The notes under the pieces are model-generated. The model ran no database searches. It was not told the DNA's origin and worked only from the letters and a program-made list of their open reading frames with translations. The position numbers and the translations under genes are program-made. Below are positions 1-9,925 of a stretch of DNA of 64,000 nt, in pieces. Position 1 is the first letter of the stretch; each line of letters begins with the position of its first letter. Source of the stretch: Gammaproteobacteria bacterium (GTDB taxonomy: Bacteria > Pseudomonadota > Gammaproteobacteria > Arenicellales > CAJQKF01); the NCBI GenBank assembly GCA_030429665.1, contig JAUIEZ010000008.1:498-64497 (forward strand), in the 5' to 3' direction.

Positions 1-1870
1 GCGCCACGTGCGGCCCGCTCTCGCCGGCGTCGGGATTTTCGCCGAAGATCACCGTAACGTTCTGTACCAGCGACTGGCCGTCGGGCTGGTCTTGCGCGAA
101 GCGATCGTTGACCCGCGACAAGGCCTTGGTCATTCGCTCGACCAGCCGCTCGGTGTGCCCGAGCGGCGTGCCCTGGGGCAGCAGGATGCGCGCCTCGACG
201 ATGTCGCCGTCAACGGACGGAAACCCCACGAACTTCAGATGGCCGCCCGCGGGCATGGCGACGGCCAGCACGAGCAGCATCAGGACCAGTCCGACAGTGA
301 AGTAGCGCCACGCAATCGCCGCGTCCAGCACCGGACCGAATACCTTCTCCCGCAGCGCTTCGAACCGGCGCTCGAACACGGCCCGAAACCGGGGCATCGC
401 GTCGCCGCGTCGCATGTGCTCCAGCGAGTGACCGAGGTGATTGGGAAGGATCAGGAAGGCCTCGACGAGGCTGACGCTGAGTACCACGATCAGCACGATG
501 GGCAGCACGCGCAGGATCTGTCCCAGGTCGCCGCCGATGAACGCCAGCGAGCCGAACACCAGTATCGTGGTCGCGAAAGACGACATGATCCCGGGGCCCA
601 CTTCCCGCACGCCCTCGATGGCGGCGCGCATCGGCGGTGCGCCGCGATGAAGGCGCGCTGCGACGTTCTCCGCGATGACGATGGCGTCGTCCATCAACAG
701 GCCCACGCCGATCAGAAGTCCCACCAGCGAGATCATGTTGAGACTGATATCGGCGAGCGGCAGGACGAACAGCGCGCCGAGAAACGAGACCGGCAGGCCC
801 ATCGCCACCCAGAAGCTGTAGCGAAGGGAAAAGAACAACCACAGGACGCCGAACACCAGCGCCAGTCCCTGCAAGCCGTTTCGTACCAGCATGTCGAGCC
901 GGTCGGCGACGATGGAGGCGCGGTCCTGGGTCAGCGTGAGCGACAGACCGGGCGGCATGCGCCGTTGTTCCTCGGCCACGAACGTCTCGACGCGGCCAAG
1001 TACGTCGAGGATGTCCTGGTCGCGCGTCTTCTCGACGTTGAGCATTGCCGCGCGCTTGCCGTTGAACGTGATTTTCTCCTCGTCGCGTTCGAATCGCTCG
1101 CTGATGGCGGCGATCTCGCCGAGTTCGATGGCGGCGCCGGCGCTGCCGGAAACCACCACGATGTCGCGCAGGTCGTCCACCGTGGTGCCGCGTTCGTCGA
1201 CCCGCAGCAGGAACTCCTCGGCGCCGCCCTCCAGGCGACCTACCGGACTTTGCACGGTGTTTCGCGCCACCGCCTCGGCGATGGCATTGGCGGACAGGCC
1301 GTATTGCCGCAGTCGCGTGACGGGCACCTCGATACGAATCTGGTGCTCCGAGAATCCGCCGATGGTCACGCGCGCGATGCCGTCGAGCGCCGTCATGCGC
1401 GCCTTGAGATTCTCGGCGTAGGCTTTCAGCGCCACCGGGTCGGTCGGGCCGGTTACCGCCACCGAGATGACGCTGTCGGTGCGACCGGTTTCCTCGACCA
1501 GCGGAATCTCCGCCTGCTCGGGGAAATCGTCGATGGTGTCGATCTCGGACTTGACGTCGTCAAGGAAGCGGGCGATCTGCGCGCCCTCGACCATCACGGC
1601 GGTGGCGGTGGCGAGCCCCTCGCTCGCCTCGCAGGTAATCTCGTCCAGGTCGGTGATACCTTCGAGGGCGTCCTCGATACGGCGGCAGATGGCGTCCTCG
1701 ACCTCGGACGCGGCAGCGCCGGGGTAGACGACGGTCATGCGCACGGTATCGCTGGCAATGTCCGGAAAGGTCTCCCTGGACAGCGTCGGAATCGACGCCA
1801 GTCCCAGGATCATGATCGCGGCCATCAGGAGATTGGCCGCGTTGGGATGGCGCGCCAGGTACTCGATCAA
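1..1870 (-). CDS. RND (AcrB/HAE1-type) efflux permease, N-terminal ~623 codons; the 3' end lies beyond the left window edge
   Basis: Absent from the ORF track because it is truncated. My reverse-complement translation from TTG at 1870 reads (M)IEYLARHPNAANLLMAAIMILGLASIPTLSRETFPDI and later GLLIGVGLLMDDAIVIAENV, which is typical RND TM1 and TM4 sequence. The start overlaps the stop of the adaptor gene (TTGA). Confidence 0.85.
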   Translation of the reverse strand, partial: MIEYLARHPNAANLLMAAIMILGLASIPTLSRETFPDIASDTVRMTVVYPGAAASEVEDAICRRIEDALEGITDLDEITCEASEGLATATAVMVEGAQIARFLDDVKSEIDTIDDFPEQAEIPLVEETGRTDSVISVAVTGPTDPVALKAYAENLKARMTALDGIARVTIGGFSEHQIRIEVPVTRLRQYGLSANAIAEAVARNTVQSPVGRLEGGAEEFLLRVDERGTTVDDLRDIVVVSGSAGAAIELGEIAAISERFERDEEKITFNGKRAAMLNVEKTRDQDILDVLGRVETFVAEEQRRMPPGLSLTLTQDRASIVADRLDMLVRNGLQGLALVFGVLWLFFSLRYSFWVAMGLPVSFLGALFVLPLADISLNMISLVGLLIGVGLLMDDAIVIAENVAARLHRGAPPMRAAIEGVREVGPGIMSSFATTILVFGSLAFIGGDLGQILRVLPIVLIVVLSVSLVEAFLILPNHLGHSLEHMRRGDAMPRFRAVFERRFEALREKVFGPVLDAAIAWRYFTVGLVLMLLVLAVAMPAGGHLKFVGFPSVDGDIVEARILLPQGTPLGHTERLVERMTKALSRVNDRFAQDQPDGQSLVQNVTVIFGENPDAGESGPHVA

Positions 1871-3186
1871 TGCGCGTTCTCCGCGGCGTCGCGCAAGTTC
1901 CGCGAGAGTATTTCGTCGACGACGGGGTCGAGGCGCATGCCTTCGACCAGTGGCACGACGTCGGTGACCACCACGCGTTCGCCGCCTTCGAGCCCCGATT
2001 CGATCACCGCGACCTCTTGCTGCTCGAAGGCAACCGACACCGCGCGGCGCTGCAGCCGCTCGTCGTCATCGACCAGAAGCACTTCCCCGTTGCGTATCGC
2101 GTGGCGGGGCACGATCACCCGGTCGGACAGCGCATCGCCGCGAATGGTCACGCGCACGAACATGCCCTTGGACAGGGGCGGGCGCTTGCCGGGGATCGCC
2201 AGCCTGAACGGATCGTCCACCGCGACCACCACGCCGACCGTTCGAGTTTGCGCGTCCACGGCGTCGCTGATGCGCACGAAGCGGGCGTCCCAGCTTGCGG
2301 TCACGTTGCCGAGGTCCATTTCGATGGTAGGAGCGAATCCGACCAGCTCGCCCAGCGATTCGGCCATGAGCGCCGGGCTGATCTGAACGACTTCGCGATC
2401 GAGCACCAGGGTGCGCAGGGCGGCGATGGATACCTGGGCGACGATCTCCACGCGTTCCACGGAATCCCCCTGCAGCATCACCTGTCCGGTCGCCACGTAC
2501 TGCCCGGTCTCGACGTCCAGGGCGGCGACGCGCATGTCGAACGGCGCGACGATCCGCGTGTGCTCGATATCCCTGAGCGCCTGGGCGTGGCGCGCTTCGA
2601 GCACGTCGCTGCGCGCGGGAAGCAGGGCCAGGGTGTTTTCCTGGGCCTGGACGCGGTTGCGCGCGGACAACAACTCGCGCTCGGCGGCGTCCAGGTCGCT
2701 CTGGGACGCCGTGCCGCGGGCCACGAGGCTCTCGATGCGTTCGAACTCGCGCCGGGCCAGGTCCAGGGATCGGCGTTCGATGGCCAGCGAGGCGCGCGTG
2801 TTCTCGTCTTCCACGCCCAGCTCCGCCTGCTCCGCCTCGATCCGCGCCAGCTCCAGCTCGTAGTCCACCGGGTCGATGCGAAGCAGCTCGGTGCCTGCCG
2901 TCACCACCGTGCCGTTACCGAGATCGTCGGCCATCGACACGATGCGTCCGGCCACCTGGGCCACGGCCCGCCAAACCCGCGCCGGCTGCACCGGTCCGTA
3001 GCCTTCCGCGACCGGGACGACGTCGCCACGCAGGGCCGACACGACGCGCACCGGCCTGGCGGGTTCGCTCGATGACACCCGGGCCGGTTCAGGCCGTTGC
3101 CCGACCTGCCAGGCCATGATCGCGATGCCGATTGCCAGGGGAGGTACGATGAGCAATCGACGCCATCTGGATGGTGAGTGATTCAT
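1867..3186 (-). CDS. RND efflux periplasmic adaptor (HlyD/MFP family)
   Basis: 439 aa. N-terminal TM anchor (LLIVPPLAIGIAIMAW), a coiled-coil segment (YELELARIEAEQAEL ... LLSARNRVQAQE) and a beta-barrel tail. Translationally coupled to the downstream RND pump. Confidence 0.9.
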   Translation of the reverse strand: MNHSPSRWRRLLIVPPLAIGIAIMAWQVGQRPEPARVSSSEPARPVRVVSALRGDVVPVAEGYGPVQPARVWRAVAQVAGRIVSMADDLGNGTVVTAGTELLRIDPVDYELELARIEAEQAELGVEDENTRASLAIERRSLDLARREFERIESLVARGTASQSDLDAAERELLSARNRVQAQENTLALLPARSDVLEARHAQALRDIEHTRIVAPFDMRVAALDVETGQYVATGQVMLQGDSVERVEIVAQVSIAALRTLVLDREVVQISPALMAESLGELVGFAPTIEMDLGNVTASWDARFVRISDAVDAQTRTVGVVVAVDDPFRLAIPGKRPPLSKGMFVRVTIRGDALSDRVIVPRHAIRNGEVLLVDDDERLQRRAVSVAFEQQEVAVIESGLEGGERVVVTDVVPLVEGMRLDPVVDEILSRNLRDAAENAH

Positions 3187-3301
3187 GATTACGCCGGGAT
3201 CGTGTGAAGGCGAAATGATGGTCGGATTACGTCGACCCCCCGGAATCTACCACGGACCGGGTGCGCCTCCTTCACTCGCTCGGCCCGAAGAATCCGCCCG
3301 G

Positions 3302-3892
3302 TCAGTCGTCGGCAATCGGGCGCCCGGTGACGAGCACGTCGCGCAACGACCCGGGCATGGCGCGAAACCTTGCGTCGGGAGAGGTGCCGAGCGCGTCGAG
3401 GGTCTTGGAGAAAAAACAGCGCACCGCTGCCGCGGCGACGACGTCGAACACTTCCGCGTCGGACAGGCCGTGCGCCTTGAGCTCCTCCACGTCCTCCCGG
3501 GCGACGGACTGGGCGTCGCGGACCACCTTTGCCGCGAATCGCATAATGGCTTTCTCGGTGTCGTCGAGCCCCGATGACGCCGGATCTTCCGCGATCGAGC
3601 GTAGCTGGTCGGTGTCGAGTTGGTCTTTCAACAGGACCGATCCGTGCGCCAGCATGCAATACGAACTGCGAAGCGTGCGCGCTGCGGCGATCGTCACCAG
3701 TTCGTAGCGGCGCAAGTCCATGTTGCCCCGTATGCTCGCGAGCAACGCCTCCCAGGCGGCCATGACCTGGGGCCTTTGGCTGAACGCCTTGACGAGATTG
3801 GGAAGGAAGCCGTGCTCGTCCCGTGCCTTATCGTACATCGCGCGAACGGCGTCCCGGGCATCGGCCTCCGGTATCGTGTTGATAAAAGTCAT
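3302..3892 (-). CDS. Carboxymuconolactone decarboxylase / AhpD-like peroxidase-related family protein
   Basis: 196 aa. Pattern FLPNLVKAFSQRPQVMAAWEALL ... RYELVTIAAARTLRSSYCMLAHG is typical of CMD-domain (AhpD-fold) proteins. Confidence 0.75.
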   Translation of the reverse strand: MTFINTIPEADARDAVRAMYDKARDEHGFLPNLVKAFSQRPQVMAAWEALLASIRGNMDLRRYELVTIAAARTLRSSYCMLAHGSVLLKDQLDTDQLRSIAEDPASSGLDDTEKAIMRFAAKVVRDAQSVAREDVEELKAHGLSDAEVFDVVAAAAVRCFFSKTLDALGTSPDARFRAMPGSLRDVLVTGRPIADD

Positions 3893-4090
3893 GACCGACT
3901 CCCGCCGGTATAGCCGGGCTGCAAAAGGTTGAACGAATGGTTGCGCGGCGCATCACGGCGGTTGAAGGTTCCAGGTTCTGTCGCCGACCGCCCGAAGTGC
4001 TAGCTTACCTTTCGCGTGCCGGAGAAAGAACAGGGGCGGTGCCCAGAAACGCGAGATGATCCGCGGTAGACGAGCATTTCCGTTGAACGC

Positions 4091-4135
4091 CGTGCCCGCA
4101 CGACGCACCGTGCCCGCACGACGCACCGTGCCCGC
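4091..4135. repeat. 18-bp tandem repeat, 2.5 copies (cgtgcccgcacgacgcac)
   Basis: Direct reading gives identical units at 4091-4108 and 4109-4126, plus a partial copy at 4127-4135. It lies immediately 3' of the stop of the 4137-4484 gene. Confidence 0.9.
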
Positions 4136-4136
4136 G

Positions 4137-4484
4137 TCAATCCCCGAATGACTCCAGGTCGAGCGTCTCCGGTTTGCCCAGCCACCAGGCGTGGGTGGTA
4201 TGGTCCTCGAGGTCGTTTCCGGTGTCGGCATGCACTAGAACGGTCAGGCCGTCGCGGTGCCGGTCGAGCCAGTCGATCAATCGCGGGTAAACGTTCGCCC
4301 TGAACTCTATCTGCCGGCTCCACCGCGGGTGCGGCCCGACCGGCTTCTCGTGCAGCCGGCCCAGCCTCACGTCGAAGCGCTTGGCCGCCTGTTCCGTTAG
4401 TCGACGGGCCTGTTCGACGCTCCGGTCGTCGAAGTAAACGTGAGCGTGGAATCGCTCGTGACGGGGTGACTCGGGTGGTTTCAT
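4137..4484 (-). CDS. DOPA 4,5-dioxygenase family protein (DOPA_dioxygen fold)
   Basis: 115 aa. N-terminal RFHAHVYFD, then GPHPRWS.QIEF and VLVHADTG, match the small bacterial DodA-like family. Confidence 0.7.
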   Translation of the reverse strand: MKPPESPRHERFHAHVYFDDRSVEQARRLTEQAAKRFDVRLGRLHEKPVGPHPRWSRQIEFRANVYPRLIDWLDRHRDGLTVLVHADTGNDLEDHTTHAWWLGKPETLDLESFGD

Positions 4485-4738
4485 GACGGCAAGGTCCGGG
4501 CGTGTACTGGATGCAACGTGTTGAGGGCTCGACCGTTGCCGCCGCTGGCCGCGGCATCCGACGCCGGTGCATCGGGCCGCCAGTGCTGGCGCAACCGGGT
4601 TCGCTCGCTCCGCCGGCGACGGTCGCCTCTATAATAGCCGGAAGAGCGAACCGAAAGGCGTGCCGGCGTTCGACCACCCGACCTTGCGGGACGGGTGGCG
4701 CGGCAGGTCGCGTCGAAAACCGGTCAAGAGGGCCTGCC

Positions 4739-5146
4739 ATGAAAACAGTTCGATACGGCGCCGTCGCGCTGACGCTCACCGCCATCGCCTTTTCCACTGG
4801 CGCGCCGGCCCAGACCGGCAGCCTGTGGCACGGTCTCATCGATGCCAACATACCGATGGAACTCTACGTCGAGCGGTTTACCGCGGAACGCGTCGAGGGC
4901 CGCGTAAGTTTCGGCCAGGCCCGCTTCGGATACGCCGGCATCAACCAGTTGTGCGATTCGGCCCGCCTGGTCGCGACCCGGTCGGGCGATCGCTACGCCT
5001 ACCGGATCAGCGGTGCCTGCGGCGGCAAGGGTACGCTGCGCGTGTCGGACGAAGATCCGGACCGAATCGAAGGTCGCGGCACGATATTCGACGCGGCGAC
5101 GGCATCCGCGTTCAAGCGGCGTCACTTTTACCTCGAACGCGACTGA
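4739..5146 (+). CDS. Hypothetical secreted protein
   Basis: Internal ATG of ORF 4502-5146. MKTVRYGAVALTLTAIAFSTGAPAQ is a clear Sec signal peptide. No family recognised. Confidence 0.55.
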   Translation: MKTVRYGAVALTLTAIAFSTGAPAQTGSLWHGLIDANIPMELYVERFTAERVEGRVSFGQARFGYAGINQLCDSARLVATRSGDRYAYRISGACGGKGTLRVSDEDPDRIEGRGTIFDAATASAFKRRHFYLERD

Positions 5147-5270
5147 AAAAACGCGCGAAGTTTCGTGTGCGACCCGAGGCGATTTTTCCATTGCGCGACT
5201 GCGCCGATTCATCCGAAACTGCTACACTGACAGGCCAGGTCTTCGACGAACACGATAACGGGAGGTCGAG

Positions 5271-5885
5271 ATGGCAAACTGGCATATTCGCGGGCAATAC
5301 ATGGAAACCTGCAACTGCGAGTTCATCTGTCCATGCATCGGTTCGAATCTGGCCGCCCGCCCCACGGAGGGCGACTGCAAGGCGGCCATCGTGATGCGGA
5401 TCGAAGAGGGCGACAAGGACGGCGTCGACCTTGCCGGCGTGTCCTTCGTCGTCCTGATGCATTCGCCCGGCCCCATGGCCGAGGGCAACATCAAGGTCGG
5501 GATGATCGTCGACGACAAGGCCAGCGACGAACAGGTCGAAGCGGTGGGGGCGATCGCCTCCGGCGCCGCGGGCGGCCCGATGGCGGCGCTGGCGCCACTG
5601 GTCGGGGAAATGGCGGGCATGGAGCGGCGCTCGATCACGTTCGACAAGGACGGCATGAACTATCACGTCACCGCTGGCGAACTCATCGACCAGAGCCTGT
5701 CAGGCGTGCCGAGCTTATCGCGCGAAGGCGAGCCGATATACATCGACAACACGGCGCACCCGGTCTCGCCGCGACTGGCACTGGCGAATGCCCGGGAAAG
5801 TCACTATCACGCCTTCGGCATCGATTGGGACGACAGCAGCGGTACGCGCAACGGGCACTTTGCCGAATTCGCCTGGAACGGGTGA
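5271..5885 (+). CDS. DUF1326 domain protein
   Basis: 204 aa. N-terminal W.I.GQYMETCNCEFICPC is the DUF1326 signature. Confidence 0.8.
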   Translation: MANWHIRGQYMETCNCEFICPCIGSNLAARPTEGDCKAAIVMRIEEGDKDGVDLAGVSFVVLMHSPGPMAEGNIKVGMIVDDKASDEQVEAVGAIASGAAGGPMAALAPLVGEMAGMERRSITFDKDGMNYHVTAGELIDQSLSGVPSLSREGEPIYIDNTAHPVSPRLALANARESHYHAFGIDWDDSSGTRNGHFAEFAWNG

Positions 5886-5989
5886 CGCTCGGGCGCCGGA
5901 CCGGCGCCGCGATGAATTCGCGGTGCGCACCTTGCGCGATGCCGTCATTACGAATCCCGGCCGCCCGATCCGCTTCGCGCGGACGGTAA

Positions 5990-6517
5990 ATGCAACAACG
6001 AACGACAACCCGCGGCCGATGCCTTGTGAGCCAGAAAAAGTGCTTTGAAGATTTCGACGAGGACTTCACCTTTCACTTCCAGGTGCCCGGCCTCGGCGAG
6101 AAGGAGATCGTGGAGTTTGCGTCGACCTACGATCCGCAGCGTTTTCATCTCGACCCCGACGAGGCGGCCCGGACGCACTTCGGCGCCCTGGTGGCCTCCG
6201 GATTCCAGACGCAACTCCTGTGCTTCCAGCCGTTCTGCCGCGAGGTGCTGGTGAACACCCACGCGATCGGCGCGCCGGGCATCGACGAGTTGAAGTGGCG
6301 TCGTCCCTGGTTCCCCGGCGAGGCGGTTGCCGGTACGGTCAAGCTGGTGGGCAAACGACCCTCGTCGCGGCGAAGCGACCGGGGCTACCTGGATTTTTTG
6401 CTGGAAGCGTCCGTCGACGACGAGCCGCTGTTCTCCATGTCGTGGACGGTCATCATGTTGACGCGTTCGGGAGCGGATGGCGCGGCGCGGGACGGGGCGA
6501 CAGTGGCTTCGACATGA
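5990..6517 (+). CDS. MaoC-like (hot-dog fold) dehydratase
   Basis: 175 aa. FASTYDPQRFHLDPDEAARTHFGALVASGFQT is the MaoC dehydratase motif region. The start is uncertain; GTG at 6026 is possible. Confidence 0.7.
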   Translation: MQQRTTTRGRCLVSQKKCFEDFDEDFTFHFQVPGLGEKEIVEFASTYDPQRFHLDPDEAARTHFGALVASGFQTQLLCFQPFCREVLVNTHAIGAPGIDELKWRRPWFPGEAVAGTVKLVGKRPSSRRSDRGYLDFLLEASVDDEPLFSMSWTVIMLTRSGADGAARDGATVAST

Positions 6518-6640
6518 TTTCGCCGACGCACGGGGTTGCCACGGTCACGAACCGAGGGCGGGGGCGGTAGCGAAACGGTCGGTCGCGCCGGGCGCCGATC
6601 GGTTACACTTTCCGATCAAGCCCGTTCCGGATCGATTCGC

Positions 6641-9600
6641 GTGCGCTGTTCGACGTGTGGTGGCGACAACCCGGTAAGCGCCAACTTCTGTGCGCAATGC
6701 GGCGTACGCCTGCCACGCTATTGCTCCGGGTGCGGAGCCGTCGTGCAGCCCTCGGCCCGTTTTTGCTCCGATTGCGGCGCCCCGCTGGAGGCCGGCGACC
6801 CGCGCGACGAGCGGCCTGCGCCGCCGGCCGACGACCTCGCCGAGCGCCGCCAGGTCACCGTGATGTTCTGCGACCTCGTCGGATCCACGGCGCTTTCCAC
6901 GCGGCTCGATCCCGAAGACCTGCGCGAATTGCAGCGAACCTATCGCGAATGCTGCACGGCGCTGGTCGAGCGCTACGATGGTTACATCGCGCGCTACATG
7001 GGCGACGGCATCCTCGCCTACTTCGGTTATCCGCGGGCCCACGAGGACGACGCCGTGCGCGCCGTGCACGCGGCGCTTCAGATCGCCGCGCGCGTGCCCG
7101 CCCTGGGGGAATCGATGGACGTTGCCGCGGGCGACGAGCCGCTGCGCGTTCGGGTCGGCATCGCCTCCGGACCGGTGGTCATCGGCGACCTCGTCGGCGA
7201 AGGTTCGGCGCGCGAGCACGACGTGGTCGGCGAGACGCCGAATCTTGCCGCCCGCCTGCAGTCGCTGGCCTGCGACAACCACGTCGTCGTCAGCGCCGAC
7301 ACCTTGAGGCTGCTCGGCGCGGCCTTCGGCGTCGAGGACCTCGGCGAATCCCGGCTCAAGGGATTCGACCAGCCGGTTCAAGCTTTCCGCGTAACGGGCG
7401 TCGCCGGCGTCGAGTCGCGTTTCGAAGCGTCCCGGGGCGACACGGTCACGCCATTCGTCGGTCGCACGCACGAGATGAACCTGGTGGAGTCGTGCTGGCG
7501 ACGCGTCCTGCAGGGCGACGGGCAGGTGATCCTGCTGATCGGAGAGCCCGGCATCGGCAAGTCGCGCATCACGCTGATGACGCGCGAACTCGTCGCCGCG
7601 AACGACGCAGTGACGATTCGCTGCCAGTGTTCGCCCTATCACCAGGCGAGCGCGCTGCACCCGGTGGTGGAACACCTCGCGCGCGGCGCGGCACTGGTGG
7701 ACGACGACAGCCTCGACACGCGGCTTGCCAAGCTCGCTCACCTGCTCGGGTCCACCGAGGCGCCGTCCGACGAGGACATGGCCTTGTTCGCAACCCTGCT
7801 TTCCATCCCTTACGGCAATCGCTATCCGCCAGTCGATCTCGCACCGGAGGTTCTGCGCGATCGCACGCTGGATGCCTTGCAACGCGCCGTGGAGTCGGTT
7901 GCCATGAGAGGGTCCCTGTTTTTCCTGGTCGAGGACATTCACTGGTCGGACCCGAGCACCCTGGAACTGATCGAAAGCCTGGTTGACCGGGTGCGCGACT
8001 GGCATTGCCTGTTGATGGTCACCACGCGGCCCGAGTTCGATCCGCCCTGGCAGGGCGACGCGCACATATCGGCCGTCAGGCTGAATCGCCTGGATCGCCG
8101 GCAGTGCGAAACGATGATCGAATCGCTGAGCGGACGGCCGCTTCCGGATGAAATCGTCGAGCAGATCGCGGTCAAGACCGACGGCGTTCCGCTGTTCGTC
8201 GAAGAGCTCACGCGGACCATCATCGACTCCGGCATGGTCCGGGCCGCCGGCGACGCGTATGTACTCGTCGGTCCGCTGCAACCGCTGGCGATCCCCACCA
8301 CACTCCAGGACTCGCTGATGTCGCGCCTGGACCGGCTGGACGACGCCAAGGCGGTCGCGCAACTCGGCGCCGCGATCGGTCGTGAATTTCCAAGAGCGCT
8401 CTTGACGATGGTGAGCGATCGTTCATCCGCGCAAGTCGATGCGGCGCTCGCGCGGCTCATGGAGTCGGGACTGCTGTTCCGGCGCGGCACGGGCAGCCGG
8501 GTGCATTACGTGTTCAAGCACGCGCTGGTCCGCGATGCCGCGTACAACAGCATGCTCAAGAGCAGGCGCCACCACCTTCACGGACGTATCGCCCGGGCGC
8601 TGCTCGCGCATTTTCCCGACATGGTCGAAACCCAGCCCGAGCTGGTAGCGGGTCACTATGCCCAGGCGGGCGCCCACGCCCAGGCATTGGCGTACTGGCG
8701 CAAGGCGGCGGATCGCGCCATGGCACGCTCGGCGTGCGCCGAGGCGATAGCCCACCTCGGCGAGGGGCTGGCCTGTCTCGAGCGAATGGGCAACGACGAA
8801 ACGACAGCCGAGCAAGCCGTCGTGCTACGGATCCGAAGCGCGGAGTGCATGCGCGTGGTCGAGCGCATTGACGAGGCCTTCGTGATGCTCGACGACGCCC
8901 AGCGGATCGGCGAGCAATACGGACTCACCGCGTCGCTGGCGAAAACCCACCATCAGCGCGGCAACCTGTACTTTCCCCTGGCCCGGTTCGACGAGTGCCT
9001 CGAGGCGCATCGACGCTCGCTCGAGTATGCCAACCGTTCAGAGTCTGTGGAGCTCGAGGTGCAGGCGCTTGGCGGCCTGGGAGACGCCAACTACCTGGTG
9101 GGCCGGATGAGAACCGCCAAGGATTACTTTCAACGTTGCGTCGATCTCGCCCGCGAAAACGGATCGCTGCACACCGTCGTCTCGAACCTGACGATGGTCG
9201 GTTTCGCGCGTCACTTCCTGCTCGAACTGCGGGACGCATTGACGGACGCGGAGGCGGCGGTCGAGCTGGCCATGAAGTTTGGCGACCCGCGCGCCGAAAT
9301 GATGGGTTGGTACCTGCGCGGCCTGAGTTTCTACCAGTTGGGCGAGTACGCAAACGCACTCGATGTACTTGATCGTGGTGCGCAAGTGGAGCGCCGGCTG
9401 GGTGCCCGGCGCTTCCAACCGCAGACGCTTTGCATCAGTGCCCTGTGCCACGAGGCACTCGGAGACAATAAGAAAGCCATGTCGCTCCTTGAGGCCGCCG
9501 AGTTCGGCAGTCGCCGCTACGGCGAACGGTTTAATCTCGCGACGGTGCTCGGAGGTATCGCGCGTGTGTGCGCGGACGGGAGGCGCCGGCACGACGTACT

Positions 9601-9925
9601 AGCCGAGGGGGAGCGGGTGCTCGATGGCGGCGCGGTGTCTCACAACCACATGCTGTTCGCCTTGAACGCCATCGATGCGTGCCTGCGTCACGACGAGTTC
9701 GAGCATGCCGAACATTTCGCCGACCGGCTCGAATCGTACGACCGGATCGAGTCGCTGCCGTGGTCCCGCTTTATCATCGAGCGAGGTCGCGCGCTGGCGC
9801 GGTGGGGTCGGGGTGAGCGTGGCGACTCCGTCCGCGACGAGCTTGGGCGGCTTCGCGACGTGGCGGTCGGCTGCGGCTTCATGAGCCAGGCCCGGGCCGT
9901 CGAATCCGCCCTCCGGGAGGCGTAA
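6641..9925 (+). CDS. Multidomain signalling protein: double zinc ribbon + class III adenylate/guanylate cyclase + AAA/STAND ATPase + TPR repeats
   Basis: Four CxxC pairs (CSTCGG..CAQCG..CSGCG..CSDCG). Cyclase core RRQVTVMFCDLVGST ... YMGDGILAYFG ... GETPNLAARLQ. Walker A LLIGEPGIGKSR (about 7541-7564). The C-terminal ~400 aa are TPR-like. Start taken at GTG 6641; the ORF is open from 6536. Confidence 0.85.
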   Translation: MRCSTCGGDNPVSANFCAQCGVRLPRYCSGCGAVVQPSARFCSDCGAPLEAGDPRDERPAPPADDLAERRQVTVMFCDLVGSTALSTRLDPEDLRELQRTYRECCTALVERYDGYIARYMGDGILAYFGYPRAHEDDAVRAVHAALQIAARVPALGESMDVAAGDEPLRVRVGIASGPVVIGDLVGEGSAREHDVVGETPNLAARLQSLACDNHVVVSADTLRLLGAAFGVEDLGESRLKGFDQPVQAFRVTGVAGVESRFEASRGDTVTPFVGRTHEMNLVESCWRRVLQGDGQVILLIGEPGIGKSRITLMTRELVAANDAVTIRCQCSPYHQASALHPVVEHLARGAALVDDDSLDTRLAKLAHLLGSTEAPSDEDMALFATLLSIPYGNRYPPVDLAPEVLRDRTLDALQRAVESVAMRGSLFFLVEDIHWSDPSTLELIESLVDRVRDWHCLLMVTTRPEFDPPWQGDAHISAVRLNRLDRRQCETMIESLSGRPLPDEIVEQIAVKTDGVPLFVEELTRTIIDSGMVRAAGDAYVLVGPLQPLAIPTTLQDSLMSRLDRLDDAKAVAQLGAAIGREFPRALLTMVSDRSSAQVDAALARLMESGLLFRRGTGSRVHYVFKHALVRDAAYNSMLKSRRHHLHGRIARALLAHFPDMVETQPELVAGHYAQAGAHAQALAYWRKAADRAMARSACAEAIAHLGEGLACLERMGNDETTAEQAVVLRIRSAECMRVVERIDEAFVMLDDAQRIGEQYGLTASLAKTHHQRGNLYFPLARFDECLEAHRRSLEYANRSESVELEVQALGGLGDANYLVGRMRTAKDYFQRCVDLARENGSLHTVVSNLTMVGFARHFLLELRDALTDAEAAVELAMKFGDPRAEMMGWYLRGLSFYQLGEYANALDVLDRGAQVERRLGARRFQPQTLCISALCHEALGDNKKAMSLLEAAEFGSRRYGERFNLATVLGGIARVCADGRRRHDVLAEGERVLDGGAVSHNHMLFALNAIDACLRHDEFEHAEHFADRLESYDRIESLPWSRFIIERGRALARWGRGERGDSVRDELGRLRDVAVGCGFMSQARAVESALREA

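Noticed and set aside
8-2386. 792-aa ORF on the plus strand spanning the first 2.4 kb
   Set aside because: It is antisense to a clearly genuine RND pump and adaptor. The translation is Arg/Gly/His/Asp-rich low-complexity sequence with no motifs, which is the typical shadow ORF of a high-GC genome.
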